From an uncultured Acetatifactor sp. (lineage in GTDB: Bacteria > Bacillota > Clostridia > Lachnospirales > Lachnospiraceae), in NCBI GenBank assembly GCA_947588205.1, contig CANPYG010000002.1, positions 11,427 to 75,426 on the forward strand: a stretch of DNA of 64,000 nucleotides, read 5' to 3'. The position numbers and the translations under genes were made by a program. Below, piece after piece: positions 60,078-64,000 of the stretch (position 1 is the first letter of the stretch; each line of letters starts with the position of its first letter). The notes beneath the pieces are model-generated. The model saw only the letters and a list, made by a program, of their open reading frames with translations, was not told the DNA's origin and did no database searches.

Positions 60078-61695
60078 TTTCATAATTGTAGACGATGACC
60101 AACTGGTCCGTGAACGGTTGCTTTCCCTTATTCCCGTGCAGCAAATGGAACTTTGTCTAGTAGGTCAGGCTGAGAATGGCATACAGGCTCTGGATCTGTT
60201 CGAGCTCCACCGTCCACAGATCGTCATCATGGATATCCAGATCCCTATCATCAATGGCATTGAAGCTGCCCAGAAAATGCTGGAAGCAGAGCCGGATACC
60301 AAAATCATTATCATCACCGGCTATGGAACTCTGGAATTTGCCCAGACTGCCTTGCGCAGCGGCGTTATAGACTTTTTGCTAAAGCCTGTGAATCCCGAAG
60401 AATTAAAGGAAGTCCTCGGTAAAACCATTGATAAAATCCAGGCTCAGGCAAGACAGGAATTAGAACAACAACGAATGGAACGCCTGTTGAAACGCGAAAT
60501 GCCTATGATTCGCAATCGGTATTTTTTATCACTCATCCAGACTCCCTCCGAAGAACTCACCAACGAGGCTTGCAGGCAATATATGAGTGATTTCGGTATT
60601 AACCGCCCCATCTCGGATGTGTGCGTTATTATTATTGTGCCAAATTATAGCGGCCTAATCCCTAGCGACCAGATTTCCATGCAGACCATCCTGGAAAAAG
60701 AACTGAACAAAAAAACAGAAACCATTGACATTGACATTCTGGTTTTATATGATGCTATGCAACGCATGATCGTCATCGCTTATGGCGTTCACAAAAAACT
60801 TGATTACTCTCTTGAACAACGGATTTCTGCCATCCGTGATAAGCTCCGCTACCTGTATCGTTTTGATTTTCAAGCAAGTATCGGAAAACCTGTTTCTGGT
60901 TTCCGGTATCTTCATGACAGTTACACCAGCGCTAACCATGCGCTTGGCTATTGTAGTATCCTTGGCAATAATAACATTATTGCCAGCGATAACATTTCTA
61001 AGGTCGACCTCCCTGCCCCTCAAATGGAATGGCCTGCTTACCGAGAAATCATGGATATGCTTATTGCCGAAAATCTGGACGGAATTCACAGTGCTTTTGC
61101 CAGGTATCTCAGCCAGCTTGCTTATAATCCCCACAATTCTATTCATTACGCCCGCCAAAAAGCCATTGAACTACAGGCTTTGCTCTTTTCCTGCGCCCAG
61201 GAGCTAAGCATCAATACCGATTCCATGATTTCAGAACACAGCCCGGCATATTCCCTGATCTTATCAGCAACAAATATTTTCGAAGTTCAAAAAGTTATTT
61301 TGGAATCCGCACAATCCATTATAGAAAAAATTCAGGCCAAACGTAAAGACAGCAAAAACCGCGCCCTTCGCAGCGCCAAACAATATATTAACAGCAATTA
61401 TGCCAACCCCAACCTGGATTTAGCCGCCGTATCAGAATTTGTCGGTTTGTCTCCGAACTATATGGCACAGCTTTTTCATCGTTTTGAGAACTGCAGCTTT
61501 ACCGAATATTTGAACCGCATCCGCATTGAACAAGCCCAGAAGAAACTTTTAACTACCCATCTGCGAATCTATGAAGTCGCAGAATCAGTAGGATTCCAAA
61601 ATTCAAAGTATTTTTTCCAGGTGTTTAAGAAAATTACCGGAATGCGCCCCAGAGAGTTTTATGAAAATTCTGTCTGCGAAACCGACCAGCAATAA
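60070..61695 (+). CDS. YesN-like response regulator (REC + AraC HTH)
   Basis: IVDDD, MDIQIP, FLLKP; C-terminal VGFQNSKYFFQVFKK. Confidence 0.94.
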   Translation: MYNFIIVDDDQLVRERLLSLIPVQQMELCLVGQAENGIQALDLFELHRPQIVIMDIQIPIINGIEAAQKMLEAEPDTKIIIITGYGTLEFAQTALRSGVIDFLLKPVNPEELKEVLGKTIDKIQAQARQELEQQRMERLLKREMPMIRNRYFLSLIQTPSEELTNEACRQYMSDFGINRPISDVCVIIIVPNYSGLIPSDQISMQTILEKELNKKTETIDIDILVLYDAMQRMIVIAYGVHKKLDYSLEQRISAIRDKLRYLYRFDFQASIGKPVSGFRYLHDSYTSANHALGYCSILGNNNIIASDNISKVDLPAPQMEWPAYREIMDMLIAENLDGIHSAFARYLSQLAYNPHNSIHYARQKAIELQALLFSCAQELSINTDSMISEHSPAYSLILSATNIFEVQKVILESAQSIIEKIQAKRKDSKNRALRSAKQYINSNYANPNLDLAAVSEFVGLSPNYMAQLFHRFENCSFTEYLNRIRIEQAQKKLLTTHLRIYEVAESVGFQNSKYFFQVFKKITGMRPREFYENSVCETDQQ

Positions 61696-62076
61696 TTTAT
61701 CGCCTTTTTAATCACTGATAATATTTTTTGCCGTTAGCTTTTACGGCGCACCAACGGCAAAAAGCCTGGATACGACAGCTTGCGCTGCCGCACCAGACCT
61801 TTCGCCTGCACAGAATTCTGCGCCCGTGCAACCAGGCAATCCTGTACTCTGGCTCCTCGGCAGTATGTATTTCAAGCATGTTGCCATGCCGAAACCTTCC
61901 GCTCTACTGCCTACAATCTATATCCGCCGGAAGAATCCCCATTCTTTTTTCGGTATAGTAAAAGGTATCCCGCCCTCCCGTAGAGTACAGCTTATTCGGT
62001 TGCAATTAAAAAAGAGTTTTTATTTATTTGTCTGTTTATATATGTTGTTCCGGATTGAAATGTTACAAGGAATTTT

Positions 62077-62109
62077 AAAAAAAGAAATCCGGGCGTCAAC
62101 GCACCCGGA
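62077..62109 (-). terminator. Intrinsic terminator downstream of the secreted-protein gene
   Basis: tccggg ... cccgga hairpin followed by tttcttttttt on the minus strand. Confidence 0.6.
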
Positions 62110-62303
62110 CCCTTTTATGCAGTTTCCCCTTCTGCATATATTCTCAGCGCCCGCCTTTATTCCCCTAAGCTAATCTCCTTAAACAAATATTGGAGCCCCT
62201 TTTACACTTTCTTTAAGGCCTGGCGCAAGAATTTCGATATTCAGTTTTTAGAATGATTCAGATAATGTATCTTTTTAGAATTAAAACTGGTTGCAATTAT
62301 GAA

Positions 62304-62798
62304 TTAGAAATTGTATATGAAATCTGTGGTTTCACTTTTTAGCTCATGATATCCGTCAACATCCGCATAATGAACACAAGAAATCTTATAGGAATCGCCT
62401 TGGATAGCACCTGCATAATAAAGCGTACAGCTCATACCTTCTGAATCGTACACACATCCACCAGAAGATGTTGCGACGGTATCCCAGCCCCACCAAACCT
62501 TATGTTTAATTTTAATATCCTTTACCCCAACAATTGAAGCTGTTCCATTCACCACCGTTGTAATACATACTTCCATACCTCTGTCTCCACGAGATACAGT
62601 GATTGTAGCATTTCCAAAACTTGTGATGGGTGCAATACCAGAATCATTTTCATAGCATTCTATTATTGCTTCCAAATTTTCTACTTCTTCTCCATCCTCA
62701 ACAGGATTTTCCGCTGCAAACACTTCCAAATTTATGGAACTGACTAATGTAACTGCTACCAGTGCCCACAATAAAACATTTTTAATCTTCTTAAACAT
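62304..62798 (-). CDS. Secreted hypothetical protein
   Basis: AGGAGG SD; signal peptide ending VFA; acidic linker; beta-rich domain with Cys residues. Confidence 0.8.
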   Translation of the reverse strand: MFKKIKNVLLWALVAVTLVSSINLEVFAAENPVEDGEEVENLEAIIECYENDSGIAPITSFGNATITVSRGDRGMEVCITTVVNGTASIVGVKDIKIKHKVWWGWDTVATSSGGCVYDSEGMSCTLYYAGAIQGDSYKISCVHYADVDGYHELKSETTDFIYNF

Positions 62799-62957
62799 AT
62801 GCTCCTCCTTTGTTTTTATTTTAATATGTCTTTAAACAGAAAAAAGTTACAGTAATACTGATTAAAAATTGTACTAATGTTGTCAACATCTTATATTCAA
62901 TGTTCAAAATATCTTATATCATATACCCTATTAATTGATATATCATTCAAGAGCTTT

Positions 62958-63947
62958 TTATTGGTGTAAAATTCTATTGGCGAACTCTTCCATTATTTCT
63001 ATACTTATATTGCACACTATAACAAATAAATTATCATCAATATAGAAACTAGCAATATATTTGTTCTCTTTTTCACTTTCACTTTGGTAAAAACTAACTT
63101 TCGTTCCATCTATTGTTTCTTCTTTTTTCAGAATGTATCCATCATACGATTGGAAAACATACGTCTCTTTTTCTTTAAAACATTGCTGATAACAAAAAAT
63201 TTTTTTATCAGAATTGTCACTATAACATACTCTGAATAACATATTTGTAGTAGTCTCTACTACAATAATAAATTCTATATGATATTCACCAAAAAAATCT
63301 GTCGGAAGCACTAGTTTCTCTTTATATAGTTCAGGCAGTTCCTCCACTGATAGAAATTTATTTCTGTCCTCATAATCCATATTTATATCAAAATCATTCC
63401 CTTCCGGATTCACAACCGCCGCCAATCCCTGCTCATCCTTCTTAAACAAACTGAAAATCCCCATCTGGCTCTGTGCATATGCTCCGGCAGTTCCTCCGAC
63501 GGCAAGGATGATCACAACCATGATGGCTGCCGCCACAACTGCGAAGCGCTTATGTCGGGCCAAATACAAGAAAAATCCTCCCTCGTGATTCCCGAGAGCA
63601 TCTCCCTTTCCTGCTTTCCGCTTCCTTATATTTGCACCGCCTGCCTCCGGCTCTTCCGAGGATGCCTCCATCGCCGCCATGCCTTCGCCCAGCAGTTCTC
63701 CGGTCAAGATCTTCTGCCTCTCATGATCGATCTCCATCCTCGTCTCATAGGTATCCCAGAATCGCTTCGTAGCCTCCTGCGGAGAAAAATATTCCTCATC
63801 CAGATTCAGTTTGGGTGCCTCTATTTTTCTCAGGAATTGCCGGATTGCTTCCGCCTCGCCGGCATACCCATCGTTCTCTGCGGCATTCTGCTCCAGCCAC
63901 TCCAGCCTCTCCTTCAATTCCAGAATCATCTGTTCTCGTTCTATCAT
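62958..63947 (-). CDS. DUF4367-type membrane-anchored anti-sigma-factor-like protein
   Basis: Helical N-domain, single TM (RFAVVAAAIMVVIILAVGG), extracellular domain with LPT.F ... I.GT.V ... ISIEIMEEFA pattern. Confidence 0.65.
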   Translation of the reverse strand: MIEREQMILELKERLEWLEQNAAENDGYAGEAEAIRQFLRKIEAPKLNLDEEYFSPQEATKRFWDTYETRMEIDHERQKILTGELLGEGMAAMEASSEEPEAGGANIRKRKAGKGDALGNHEGGFFLYLARHKRFAVVAAAIMVVIILAVGGTAGAYAQSQMGIFSLFKKDEQGLAAVVNPEGNDFDINMDYEDRNKFLSVEELPELYKEKLVLPTDFFGEYHIEFIIVVETTTNMLFRVCYSDNSDKKIFCYQQCFKEKETYVFQSYDGYILKKEETIDGTKVSFYQSESEKENKYIASFYIDDNLFVIVCNISIEIMEEFANRILHQ

Positions 63948-64000
63948 TCTGATTCCACTTTAACCCTTTCGTTTCAACTATGCGTCGCCATGATTCTTTC

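Noticed and set aside
61725-61763. 11-bp inverted repeat after the response regulator as a terminator
   Set aside because: T-run precedes and A-run follows the stem on both strands, and the loop is 17 nt, so it is not a canonical terminator.
61728-62173. Small ORFs between the island and the secreted-protein gene
   Set aside because: No SD-supported start and no recognisable motif; possibly a decayed remnant.
63978-64000. 3' end of an upstream minus-strand gene (...KNHGDA-stop), possibly an ECF sigma factor
   Set aside because: Too little sequence to identify.
1-64000. tRNA, rRNA, known riboswitches, integrase or prophage genes
   Set aside because: None recognised by eye; an Infernal/tRNAscan run would be needed to exclude them formally.

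Overview
A 64-kb stretch of chromosome from a GC-moderate Firmicute. Gene content and synteny suggest Lachnospiraceae (inference). Most genes are on the minus strand. The core genes are gltB-gltD, greA, recQ, asnS, murI, ispE, pyrC-pyrK-pyrD, hisS-aspS, apt-relA-MBL-hemZ and pyrH-frr-uppS-cdsA-dxr-rseP. Accessory elements are: (i) a PadR/HAAS-like module with secreted proteins on both sides of mirror-symmetric divergent promoters; (ii) a gltB leader terminator overlapped by an ANTAR-type hairpin; (iii) a HAD-CPBP fusion and a divergent MraY paralogue; (iv) a lipid-anchored trigger-factor homologue; (v) an Sfp PPTase followed directly by a calcineurin-like phosphoesterase; (vi) an Rpn/PD-(D/E)XK gene with an internal SD-GTG small ORF, plus a second, orphan Rpn C-terminal module; (vii) a Ser/Thr kinase paired with a PP2C-like pseudophosphatase; (viii) an AT-richer ABC/two-component catabolic island with a GalB-like PIG-L protein and an HpcH aldolase, in which two genes seem to need ATA/ATT starts; (ix) an anti-sigma-like gene with a secreted protein. 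I recognised no rRNA, tRNA, CRISPR array or intact IS. All family assignments come from motifs recognised by eye, with no database search. Starts were moved from the ORF track where an SD or homology supported it.
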